64,000 bases of DNA, taken from NCBI RefSeq assembly GCF_009914755.1, contig NC_060936.1; one strand, written 5' to 3'. Below the pieces are notes generated by a model, which saw only the letters and a program-made list of their open reading frames with translations, was not told where the DNA came from and searched no databases. A program made the position numbers and the translations under genes. Shown here in pieces: positions 23,091-35,830 of the stretch (the first letter of the stretch is position 1; each line of letters begins with the position of its first letter). Origin of the DNA: the human T2T-CHM13v2.0 reference genome, Homo sapiens.

Positions 23091-26000
23091 CTGTCTAGTT
23101 TTTATACGAAGATATTTCCTTTTCTACATTTGGCCTAAAAGCGCTTGAAATCTCCACCTGCAAATATCACAAAAAGAGGGTTTCACATCTGCTCTGTCTA
23201 AAGGACAGTTCACCTCTGTGAGTTGAATAGAGGCAACACAAGGAACTTACTCAGTATTCTTCTTTCTAGCATTCTATGAAGAAATCCCGTTTCCAACGAA
23301 GGCCCCAAAGAGATCCAAATATCTGCTTGCAGACTTTACAGACAGAGTTTTTCCAAACTGCTCCATCAAAAGAAAGGTTAAACTCCTTGAGTTGAACACA
23401 CACATCACAAAGTAGTTTCTGTGAATGATTCTGTCTAGTTTTTATAAGAAGATGTTTCCTTTTCTACCTTTGGTCTCAAAGCGATTGAAATCTCCACATG
23501 GAAACTCCTCAAAAAGAGTGTTTCAAATCTGCTCTTTCTGAAGGAAGGTTCAACTCTGTGAGTTGAATACACACACCACAAATAAGTTACTGAGAATTCT
23601 TCTGTGTAACATTATATGAGGAAATCCCGTTTCCATCGAAGGCCTCAAAGAGGTCCAAATATCCACTTGCAGACTTTACAAAGACAGTGTCTCCAAACTC
23701 CTCCATCAAAAGAAAGGTTATACTCTGTGAATTGAACGCACACATCACAAAGTAGTTTCTGAGAATGATTCTGTCTAGTTTTTATACGAAGATATTTCCT
23801 TTTCTACATTTGGCCTAAAAGCGCTTGAAATCTCCACCTGCAAATATCACAAAAAGAGGGTTTCACATCTGCTCTGTCTAAAGGACAGTTCACCTCTGTG
23901 AGTTGAATAGAGGCAACACAAAGAACTTACTCAGTATTCTTCTTTCTAGCATTCTATGAAGAAATCCCGTTTCCAACGAAGGCCTCAAAGAGGTCAAATA
24001 TCTGCTTGCAGACTTTACAGACAGAGTGTTTCCAAACTACTCTATGAAAAGAAAGCTTAAACTCCTTGAGTTGAACGCACACATCACAAAGTAGTTTCTG
24101 AGAATGATTCTGTCTAGTTTTTATACGAAGATGTTTCCTTTTCTACATTTGGTCTGAAAGCGATTGAAATCTCCAACTGGAAACTGCACAAATAGGCTGT
24201 TTCAAATCTGCTCTGTCTAAAGGAAGGTTCAGCTCTGTGAGTTGAATACACACACCACAAATAAGTTACTGAGAATTCTTCTGTCGAACATTACAGGAAG
24301 AAATCCCGTTTCCAATGAAGGCCTCAAAGAGGTCCAAATATCCACTTGCGGACATTACAAACAGTGTGTTTCCCAACTGCTCCATCAAAAGAAAGGTTAA
24401 ACTCTGTGAGCTGAACACACACATCAAAAAGAAGTTTCTGTGAATGATTCTGTCTAGATTTTATAAGAAGATGTTTCCTTTTCTACCGTAGGCCTCAAAG
24501 CGCTTGAAATCTCCAGCTGCAAATTCCACAAAAAGGGTGTTTAACATCTGCTCTTCTAAAGGAAAGTTCAACTCTATGAGTTCAATACACACAGCACAAA
24601 GAAGTTACTGAGACTTCTCCTATCAAACATTATATGAAGAAATCCCGTTTCCAACGAAGGCCTCAAAGAGGTCCAAATATCTGCTTGCAGACTTTACAGA
24701 CAGAGTGTTTCCAAACTGCTCCATCAAAAGAAAGGTGAAACTCCTTGAGTTGAACACACACATCACAAAGTAGTTTCTGTGAATGATTCTGTCTAGTTTT
24801 TATACGAAGATATTTCCTTTTCTACATTTGGCCTAAAAGCGCTTGAAATCTCCACCTGCAAATATCACAAAAAGAGGGTTTCACATCTGCTCTGTCTAAA
24901 GGACAGTTCACCTCTGTGAGTTGAATAGAGGCAACACAAGGAACTTACTCAGTATTCTTCTTTCTAGCATTCTATGAAGAAATCCCGTTTCCAACGAAGG
25001 CCCCAAAGAGATCCAAATATCTGCTTGCAGACTTTACAGACAGAGTTTTTCCAAACTGCTCCATCAAAAGAAAGGTTAAACTCCTTGAGTTGAACACACA
25101 CATCACAAAGTAGTTTCTGTGAATGATTCTGTCTAGTTTTTATAAGAAGATGTTTCCTTTTCTACCTTTGGTCTCAAAGCGATTGAAATCTCCACATGGA
25201 AACTCCTCAAAAAGAGTGTTTCAAATCTGCTCTTTCTGAAGGAAGGTTCAACTCTGTGAGTTGAATACACACACCACAAATAAGTTACTGAGAATTCTTC
25301 TGTGTAACATTATATGAGGAAATCCCGTTTCCATCGAAGGCCTCAAAGAGGTCCAAATATCCACTTGCAGACTTTACAAAGACAGTGTCTCCAAACTCCT
25401 CCATCAAAAGAAAGGTTATACTCTGTGAATTGAACGCACACATCACAAAGTAGTTTCTGAGAATGATTCTGTCTAGTTTTTATACGAAGATATTTCCTTT
25501 TCTACATTTGGCCTAAAAGCGCTTGAAATCTCCACCTGCAAATATCACAAAAAGAGGGTTTCACATCTGCTCTGTCTAAAGGACAGTTCACCTCTGTGAG
25601 TTGAATAGAGGCAACACAAAGAACTTACTCAGTATTCTTCTTTCTAGCATTCTATGAAGAAATCCCGTTTCCAACGAAGGCCTCAAAGAGGTCAAATATC
25701 TGCTTGCAGACTTTACAGACAGAGTGTTTCCAAACTACTCTATGAAAAGAAAGCTTAAACTCCTTGAGTTGAACGCACACATCACAAAGTAGTTTCTGAG
25801 AATGATTCTGTCTAGTTTTTATACGAAGATGTTTCCTTTTCTACATTTGGTCTGAAAGCGATTGAAATCTCCAACTGGAAACTGCACAAATAGGCTGTTT
25901 CAAATCTGCTCTGTCTAAAGGAAGGTTCAGCTCTGTGAGTTGAATACACACACCACAAATAAGTTACTGAGAATTCTTCTGTCGAACATTACAGGAAGAA

Positions 26001-26486
26001 ATCCCGTTTCCAATGAAGGCCTCAAAGAGGTCCAAATATCCACTTGCGGACATTACAAACAGTGTGTTTCCCAACTGCTCCATCAAAAGAAAGGTTAAAC
26101 TCTGTGAGCTGAACACACACATCAAAAAGAAGTTTCTGTGAATGATTCTGTCTAGATTTTATAAGAAGATGTTTCCTTTTCTACCGTAGGCCTCAAAGCG
26201 CTTGAAATCTCCAGCTGCAAATTCCACAAAAAGGGTGTTTAACATCTGCTCTTCTAAAGGAAAGTTCAACTCTATGAGTTCAATACACACAGCACAAAGA
26301 AGTTACTGAGACTTCTCCTATCAAACATTATATGAAGAAATCCCGTTTCCAACGAAGGCCTCAAAGAGGTCCAAATATCTGCTTGCAGACTTTACAGACA
26401 GAGTGTTTCCAAACTGCTCCATCAAAAGAAAGGTGAAACTCCTTGAGTTGAACACACACATCACAAAGTAGTTTCTGTGAATGATT
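23091..26486. repeat. Tandem duplication, 1698-bp unit (10 monomers, B'-A-B-C-D), 2 copies
   Basis: The same marker series (caaggaac, gagatcc, ccatcg, gtctgaaag, caatgaag, gttcaatac, ggtgaaac) occurs in 23091-24788 and 24789-26486, for example 23636/25334 and 24316/26014. Confidence 0.88.
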
Positions 26487-29400
26487 CTGTCTAGTTTTTA
26501 TACGAAGATGTTTCCTTTTCTACCTTTGGTCTCAAAGCGATTGAAATCTCCACATGGAAACTCCACAAAAAGAGTGTTTCAAATCTGCTCTTTCTGAAGG
26601 AAGGTTCAACTCTGTGAGTTGAATACGCACACCACAAATAAGTTACTGAGAATTCTTCTGTGTAACATTATATGAGGAAATCCCGTTTCCAACGAAGGCC
26701 TCAAAGAGGTCCAAATATCCACTTGCAGACTTTACAAAGACAGTGTCTCCAAACTCCTCCATCAAAAGAAAGGTTATACTCTGTGAATTGAACGCACACA
26801 TCACAAAGTAGTTTCTGAGAATGATTCTGTCTAGTTTTTATACGAAGATATTTCCTTTTCTACATTTGGCCTAAAAGCGCTTGAAATCTCCACCTGCAAA
26901 TATCACAAAAAGAGGGTTTCACATCTGCTCTGTCTAAAGGACAGTTCACCTCTGTGAGTTGAATAGAGGCAACACAAAGAACTTACTCAGTATTCTTCTT
27001 TCTAGCGTTCTATGAAGAAATCCCGTTTCCAACGAAGGCCTCAAAGAGGTCAAATATCTGCTTGCAGACTTTACAGACAGAGTGTTTCCAAACTACTCTA
27101 TGAAAAGAAAGCTTAAACTCCTTGAGTTGAACGCACACATCACAAAGTAGTTTCTGAGAATGATTCTGTCTAGTTTTTATACGAAGATGTTTCCTTTTCT
27201 ACATTTGGTCTCAAAGCGATTGAAATCTCCAACTGGAAACTGCACAAATAGGGTGTTTCAAATCTGCTCTGTCTAAAGGAAGGTTCAACTCTGTGAGTTG
27301 AATACACACACCACAAATAAGTTACTGAGAATTCTTCTGTCGAACATTACTTGAAGAAATCCCGTTTCCAACGAAGGCCTCAAAGAGGTCCAAATATCCA
27401 CTTGCAGACATTACAAACAGAGTGTTTCCAAACTGCTCCATCAAAAGAAAGGTTAAACTCTGTGAGCTGAACACACACATCAAAAAGAAGTTTCTGTGAA
27501 TGATTCTGTCTAGATTTTATAAGAAGATGTTTCCTTTTCTACCGTAGGCCTCAAAGCGCTTGAAATCTCCAGCTGCAAATTCCACAAAAAGGGTGTTTAA
27601 CATCTGCTCTTCTAAAGGAAAGTTCAACTCTATGAGTTGAATACACACAGCACAAAGAAGTTACTGAGACTTCTCCTATCAAACATTATATGAAGAAATC
27701 CCGTTTTCAACGAAGGCCTCAAAGAGGTCCAAATATCTGCTTGCAGACTTTACAGACAGAGTGTTTCCAAACTGCTCCATCAAAAGAAAGGTTAAACTCC
27801 TTGAGTTGAACACACACATCACAAAGTAGTTTCTGTGAATGATTCTGTCTAGTTTTTATACGAAGATGTTTCCTTTTCTACCTTTGGTCTCAAAGCGATT
27901 GAAATCTCCACATGGAAACTCCACCAAAAGAGTGTTTCAAATCTGCTCTTTCTGAAGGAAGGTTCAACTCTGTGAGTTGAATACAGACACCACGAATAAG
28001 TTACTGAGAATTCTTCTGTGTAACATTATATGAGGAAATCCCGTTTCCAACGAAGGCCTCAAAGAGGTCCAAATATCTACTTGCAGACTTTACAAAGACA
28101 GTGTCTCCAAACTCCTCCATCAAAAGAAAGGTTATACTCTGTGAATTGAACGCACACATCACAAAGTAGTTTCTGAGAATGATTCTGTCTAGTTTTTATA
28201 CGAAGATATTTCCTTTTCTACATTTGGCCTAAAAGCGCTTGAAATCTCCACCTGCAAATATCACAAAAAGAGGGTTTCACATCTGCTCTGTCTAAAGGAC
28301 AGTTCACCTCTGTGAGTTGAATAGAGGCAACACAAAGAACTTACTCAGTATTCTTCTTTCTAGCGTTCTATGAAGAAATCCCGTTTCCAACGAAGGCCTC
28401 AAAGAGGTCAAATATCTGCTTGCAGACTTTACAGACAGAGTGTTTCCAAACTACTCTATGAAAAGAAAGCTTAAACTCCTTGAGTTGAACGCACACATCA
28501 CAAAGTAGTTTCTGAGAATGATTCTGTCTAGTTTTTATACGAAGATGTTTCCTTTTCTACATTTGGTCTCAAAGCGATTGAAATCTCCAACTGGAAACTG
28601 CACAAATAGGCTGTTTCAAATCTGCTCTGTCTAAAGGAAGGTTCAGCTCTGTGTGTTGAATACACACACCACAAATAAGTTACTGAGAATTCTTCTGTCG
28701 AACATTACAGGAAGAAATCCCGTTTCCAACGAAGGCCTCAAAGAGGTCCAAATATCCACTTGCGGACGTTACAAACAGTGTGTTTCCCAACTGCTCCATC
28801 AAAAGAAAGGTTAAACTCTGTGAGCTGAACACACACATCAAAAAGAAGTTTCTGTGAATGATTCTGTCTAGATTTTATAAGAAGATGTTCCTTTTCTACC
28901 GTAGGCCTCAAAGCGCTTGAAATCTCCAGCTGCAAATTCCACAAAAAGGGTGTTTAACATCTGCTCTTCTAAAGGAAAGTTCAACTCTATGAGTTGAATA
29001 CACACAGCACAAAGAAGTTACTGAGACTTCTCCTATCAAACATTATATGAAGAAATCCCGTTTCCAACGAAGGCCTCAAAGAGGTCCAAATATCTGCTTG
29101 CAGACTTTACAGACAGAGTGTTTCCAAACTGCTCCATCAAAAGAAAGGTTAAACTCCTTGAGTTGGACACACACATCACAAAGTAGTTTCTGTGAATGAT
29201 TCTGTCTAGTTTTTATACGAAGATGTTTCCTTTTCTACCTTTGGTCTCAAAGCGATTGAAATCTCCACATGGAAACTCCACAAAAAGAGTGTTTCAAATC
29301 TGCTCTTTCTGAAGGAAGGTTCAACTCTGTGAGTTGAATACACACACCACAAATAAGTTACTGAGAATTCTTCTGTGTAACATTATATGAGGAAATCCCG

Positions 29401-32400
29401 TTTCCAACGAAGGCCTCAAAGAGGTCCAAATATCCACTTGCAGACTTTACAAAGACAGTGTCTCCAAACTCCTCCATCAAAAGAAAGGTTATACTCTGTG
29501 AATTGAACGCACACATCACAAAGTAGTTTCTGAGAATGATTCTGTCTAGTTTTTATACGAAGATATTTCCTTTTCTACATTTGGCCTAAAAGCGCTTGAA
29601 ATCTCCACCTGCAAATATCACAAAAAGAGGGTTTCACATCTGCTCTGTCTAAAGGACAGTTCACCTCTGTGAGTTGAATAGAGGCAACACAAAGAACTTA
29701 CTCAGTATTCTTCTTTCTAGCGTTCTATGAAGAAATCCCGTTTCCAACGAAGGCCTCAAAGAGCTCAAATATCTGCTTGCAGACTTTACAGACAGAGTGT
29801 TTCCAAACTACTCTATGAAAAGAAAGCTTAAACTCCTTGAGTTGAACGCACACATCACAAAGTAGTTTCTGAGAATGATTCTGTCTAGTTTTTATACGAA
29901 GATGTTTCCTTTTCTACATTTGGTCTCAAAGCTCTTGAAATCTCCAACTGGAAACTGCACAAATAGGCTGTTTCAAATCTGCTCTGTCTAAAGGAAGGTT
30001 CAACTCTGTGAGTTGAATACACACACCACAAATAAGTTACTGAGAATTCTTCTGTCGAACATTACTTGAAGAAATCCCGTTTCCAACGAAGGCCTCAAAG
30101 AGGTCCAAATATCCACTTGCAGACGTTACAAACAGAGTGTTTCCAAACTGCTCCATCAAAAGAAAGGTTAAACTCTGTGAGCTGAACACACACATCAAAA
30201 AGAAGTTTCTGTGAATGATTCTGTCTAGATTTTATAAGAAGATGTTTCCTTTTCTACCGTAGGCCTCAAAGCGCTTGAAATCTCCAGCTGCAAATTCCAC
30301 AAAAAGGGTGTTTAACATCTGCTCTTCTAAAGGAAAGTTCAACTCTATGAGTTGAATACACACAGCACAAAGAAGTTACTGAGACTTCTCCTATCAAACA
30401 TTATATGAAGAAATCCCGTTTCCAACGAAGGCCTCAAAGAGGTCCAAATATCTGCTTGCAGACTTTACAGACAGAGTGTTTCCAAACTGCTCCATCAAAA
30501 GAAAGGTTAAACTCCTTGAGTTGGACACACACATCACAAAGTAGTTTCTGTGAATGATTCTGTCTAGTTTTTATACGAAGATGTTTCCTTTTCTACCTTT
30601 GGTCTCAAAGCGATTGAAATCTCCACATGGAAACTCCTCAAAAAGAGTGTTTCAAATCTGCTCTTTCTGAAGGAAGGTTCAACTCTGTGAGTTGAATACA
30701 CACACCACAAATAAGTTACTGAGAATTCTTCTGTGTAACATTATATGAGGAAATCCCGTTTCCATCGAAGGCCTCAAAGAGGTCCAAATATCCACTTGCA
30801 GACTTTACAAAGACAGTGTCTCCAAACTCCTCCATCAAAAGAAAGGTTATACTCTGTGAATTGAACGCACACATCACAAAGTAGTTTCTGAGAATGATTC
30901 TGTCTAGTTTTTATACGAAGATATTTCCTTTTCTACATTTGGCCTAAAAGCGCTTGAAATCTCCACCTGCAAATATCACAAAAAGAGGGTTTCACATCTG
31001 CTCTGTCTAAAGGACAGTTCACCTCTGTGAGTTGAATAGAGGCAACACAAAGAACTTACTCAGTATTCTTCTTTCTAGCATTCTATGAAGAAATCCCGTT
31101 TCCAACGAAGGCCTCAAAGAGGTCAAATATCTGCTTGCAGACTTTACAGACAGAGTGTTTCCAAACTACTCTATGAAAAGAAAGCTTAAACTCCTTGAGT
31201 TGAACGCACACATCACAAAGTAGTTTCTGAGAATGATTCTGTCTAGTTTTTATACGAAGATGTTTCCTTTTCTACATTTGGTCTGAAAGCGATTGAAATC
31301 TCCAACTGGAAACTGCACAAATAGGCTGTTTCAAATCTGCTCTGTCTAAAGGAAGGTTCAGCTCTGTGAGTTGAATACACACACCACAAATAAGTTACTG
31401 AGAATTCTTCTGTCGAACATTACAGGAAGAAATCCCGTTTCCAATGAAGGCCTCAAAGAGGTCCAAATATCCACTTGCGGACATTACAAACAGTGTGTTT
31501 CCCAACTGCTCCATCAAAAGAAAGGTTAAACTCTGTGAGCTGAACACACACATCAAAAAGAAGTTTCTGTGAATGATTCTGTCTAGATTTTATAAGAAGA
31601 TGTTTCCTTTTCTACCGTAGGCCTCAAAGCGCTTGAAATCTCCAGCTGCAAATTCCACAAAAAGGGTGTTTAACATCTGCTCTTCTAAAGGAAAGTTCAA
31701 CTCTATGAGTTCAATACACACAGCACAAAGAAGTTACTGAGACTTCTCCTATCAAACATTATATGAAGAAATCCCGTTTCCAACGAAGGCCTCAAAGAGG
31801 TCCAAATATCTGCTTGCAGACTTTACAGACAGAGTGTTTCCAAACTGCTCCATCAAAAGAAAGGTGAAACTCCTTGAGTTGAACACACACATCACAAAGT
31901 AGTTTCTGTGAATGATTCTGTCTAGTTTTTATACGAAGATGTTTCCTTTTCTACCTTTGGTCTCAAAGCGATTGAAATCTCCACATGGAAACTCCACAAA
32001 AAGAGTGTTTCAAATCTGCTCTTTCTGAAGGAAGGTTCAACTCTGTGAGTTGAATACGCACACCACAAATAAGTTACTGAGAATTCTTCTGTGTAACATT
32101 ATATGAGGAAATCCCGTTTCCAACGAAGGCCTCAAAGAGGTCCAAATATCCACTTGCAGACTTTACAAAGACAGTGTCTCCAAACTCCTCCATCAAAAGA
32201 AAGGTTATACTCTGTGAATTGAACGCACACATCACAAAGTAGTTTCTGAGAATGATTCTGTCTAGTTTTTATACGAAGATATTTCCTTTTCTACATTTGG
32301 CCTAAAAGCGCTTGAAATCTCCACCTGCAAATATCACAAAAAGAGGGTTTCACATCTGCTCTGTCTAAAGGACAGTTCACCTCTGTGAGTTGAATAGAGG

Positions 32401-35400
32401 CAACACAAAGAACTTACTCAGTATTCTTCTTTCTAGCGTTCTATGAAGAAATCCCGTTTCCAACGAAGGCCTCAAAGAGGTCAAATATCTGCTTGCAGAC
32501 TTTACAGACAGAGTGTTTCCAAACTACTCTATGAAAAGAAAGCTTAAACTCCTTGAGTTGAACGCACACATCACAAAGTAGTTTCTGAGAATGATTCTGT
32601 CTAGTTTTTATACGAAGATGTTTCCTTTTCTACATTTGGTCTCAAAGCGATTGAAATCTCCAACTGGAAACTGCACAAATAGGGTGTTTCAAATCTGCTC
32701 TGTCTAAAGGAAGGTTCAACTCTGTGAGTTGAATACACACACCACAAATAAGTTACTGAGAATTCTTCTGTCGAACATTACTTGAAGAAATCCCGTTTCC
32801 AACGAAGGCCTCAAAGAGGTCCAAATATCCACTTGCAGACATTACAAACAGAGTGTTTCCAAACTGCTCCATCAAAAGAAAGGTTAAACTCTGTGAGCTG
32901 AACACACACATCAAAAAGAAGTTTCTGTGAATGATTCTGTCTAGATTTTATAAGAAGATGTTTCCTTTTCTACCGTAGGCCTCAAAGCGCTTGAAATCTC
33001 CAGCTGCAAATTCCACAAAAAGGGTGTTTAACATCTGCTCTTCTAAAGGAAAGTTCAACTCTATGAGTTGAATACACACAGCACAAAGAAGTTACTGAGA
33101 CTTCTCCTATCAAACATTATATGAAGAAATCCCGTTTTCAACGAAGGCCTCAAAGAGGTCCAAATATCTGCTTGCAGACTTTACAGACAGAGTGTTTCCA
33201 AACTGCTCCATCAAAAGAAAGGTTAAACTCCTTGAGTTGAACACACACATCACAAAGTAGTTTCTGTGAATGATTCTGTCTAGTTTTTATACGAAGATGT
33301 TTCCTTTTCTACCTTTGGTCTCAAAGCGATTGAAATCTCCACATGGAAACTCCACCAAAAGAGTGTTTCAAATCTGCTCTTTCTGAAGGAAGGTTCAACT
33401 CTGTGAGTTGAATACAGACACCACGAATAAGTTACTGAGAATTCTTCTGTGTAACATTATATGAGGAAATCCCGTTTCCAACGAAGGCCTCAAAGAGGTC
33501 CAAATATCTACTTGCAGACTTTACAAAGACAGTGTCTCCAAACTCCTCCATCAAAAGAAAGGTTATACTCTGTGAATTGAACGCACACATCACAAAGTAG
33601 TTTCTGAGAATGATTCTGTCTAGTTTTTATACGAAGATATTTCCTTTTCTACATTTGGCCTAAAAGCGCTTGAAATCTCCACCTGCAAATATCACAAAAA
33701 GAGGGTTTCACATCTGCTCTGTCTAAAGGACAGTTCACCTCTGTGAGTTGAATAGAGGCAACACAAAGAACTTACTCAGTATTCTTCTTTCTAGCGTTCT
33801 ATGAAGAAATCCCGTTTCCAACGAAGGCCTCAAAGAGGTCAAATATCTGCTTGCAGACTTTACAGACAGAGTGTTTCCAAACTACTCTATGAAAAGAAAG
33901 CTTAAACTCCTTGAGTTGAACGCACACATCACAAAGTAGTTTCTGAGAATGATTCTGTCTAGTTTTTATACGAAGATGTTTCCTTTTCTACATTTGGTCT
34001 CAAAGCGATTGAAATCTCCAACTGGAAACTGCACAAATAGGCTGTTTCAAATCTGCTCTGTCTAAAGGAAGGTTCAGCTCTGTGTGTTGAATACACACAC
34101 CACAAATAAGTTACTGAGAATTCTTCTGTCGAACATTACAGGAAGAAATCCCGTTTCCAACGAAGGCCTCAAAGAGGTCCAAATATCCACTTGCGGACGT
34201 TACAAACAGTGTGTTTCCCAACTGCTCCATCAAAAGAAAGGTTAAACTCTGTGAGCTGAACACACACATCAAAAAGAAGTTTCTGTGAATGATTCTGTCT
34301 AGATTTTATAAGAAGATGTTCCTTTTCTACCGTAGGCCTCAAAGCGCTTGAAATCTCCAGCTGCAAATTCCACAAAAAGGGTGTTTAACATCTGCTCTTC
34401 TAAAGGAAAGTTCAACTCTATGAGTTGAATACACACAGCACAAAGAAGTTACTGAGACTTCTCCTATCAAACATTATATGAAGAAATCCCGTTTCCAACG
34501 AAGGCCTCAAAGAGGTCCAAATATCTGCTTGCAGACTTTACAGACAGAGTGTTTCCAAACTGCTCCATCAAAAGAAAGGTTAAACTCCTTGAGTTGGACA
34601 CACACATCACAAAGTAGTTTCTGTGAATGATTCTGTCTAGTTTTTATACGAAGATGTTTCCTTTTCTACCTTTGGTCTCAAAGCGATTGAAATCTCCACA
34701 TGGAAACTCCACAAAAAGAGTGTTTCAAATCTGCTCTTTCTGAAGGAAGGTTCAACTCTGTGAGTTGAATACACACACCACAAATAAGTTACTGAGAATT
34801 CTTCTGTGTAACATTATATGAGGAAATCCCGTTTCCAACGAAGGCCTCAAAGAGGTCCAAATATCCACTTGCAGACTTTACAAAGACAGTGTCTCCAAAC
34901 TCCTCCATCAAAAGAAAGGTTATACTCTGTGAATTGAACGCACACATCACAAAGTAGTTTCTGAGAATGATTCTGTCTAGTTTTTATACGAAGATATTTC
35001 CTTTTCTACATTTGGCCTAAAAGCGCTTGAAATCTCCACCTGCAAATATCACAAAAAGAGGGTTTCACATCTGCTCTGTCTAAAGGACAGTTCACCTCTG
35101 TGAGTTGAATAGAGGCAACACAAAGAACTTACTCAGTATTCTTCTTTCTAGCGTTCTATGAAGAAATCCCGTTTCCAACGAAGGCCTCAAAGAGCTCAAA
35201 TATCTGCTTGCAGACTTTACAGACAGAGTGTTTCCAAACTACTCTATGAAAAGAAAGCTTAAACTCCTTGAGTTGAACGCACACATCACAAAGTAGTTTC
35301 TGAGAATGATTCTGTCTAGTTTTTATACGAAGATGTTTCCTTTTCTACATTTGGTCTCAAAGCTCTTGAAATCTCCAACTGGAAACTGCACAAATAGGCT

Positions 35401-35830
35401 GTTTCAAATCTGCTCTGTCTAAAGGAAGGTTCAACTCTGTGAGTTGAATACACACACCACAAATAAGTTACTGAGAATTCTTCTGTCGAACATTACTTGA
35501 AGAAATCCCGTTTCCAACGAAGGCCTCAAAGAGGTCCAAATATCCACTTGCAGACGTTACAAACAGAGTGTTTCCAAACTGCTCCATCAAAAGAAAGGTT
35601 AAACTCTGTGAGCTGAACACACACATCAAAAAGAAGTTTCTGTGAATGATTCTGTCTAGATTTTATAAGAAGATGTTTCCTTTTCTACCGTAGGCCTCAA
35701 AGCGCTTGAAATCTCCAGCTGCAAATTCCACAAAAAGGGTGTTTAACATCTGCTCTTCTAAAGGAAAGTTCAACTCTATGAGTTGAATACACACAGCACA
35801 AAGAAGTTACTGAGACTTCTCCTATCAAAC
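25150..35830. repeat. Tandem duplication, 5431-bp unit (four 8-mers, 32 monomers), about 2 copies
   Basis: Markers at offset 5431: ccatcg (25334/30765), caatg (26014/31445), gttttcaac (27707/33138), ccaccaaaag, tacagacaccacg, gagctcaaat, and the 1-bp deletion behind ORFs 28738/34169. Confidence 0.9.
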
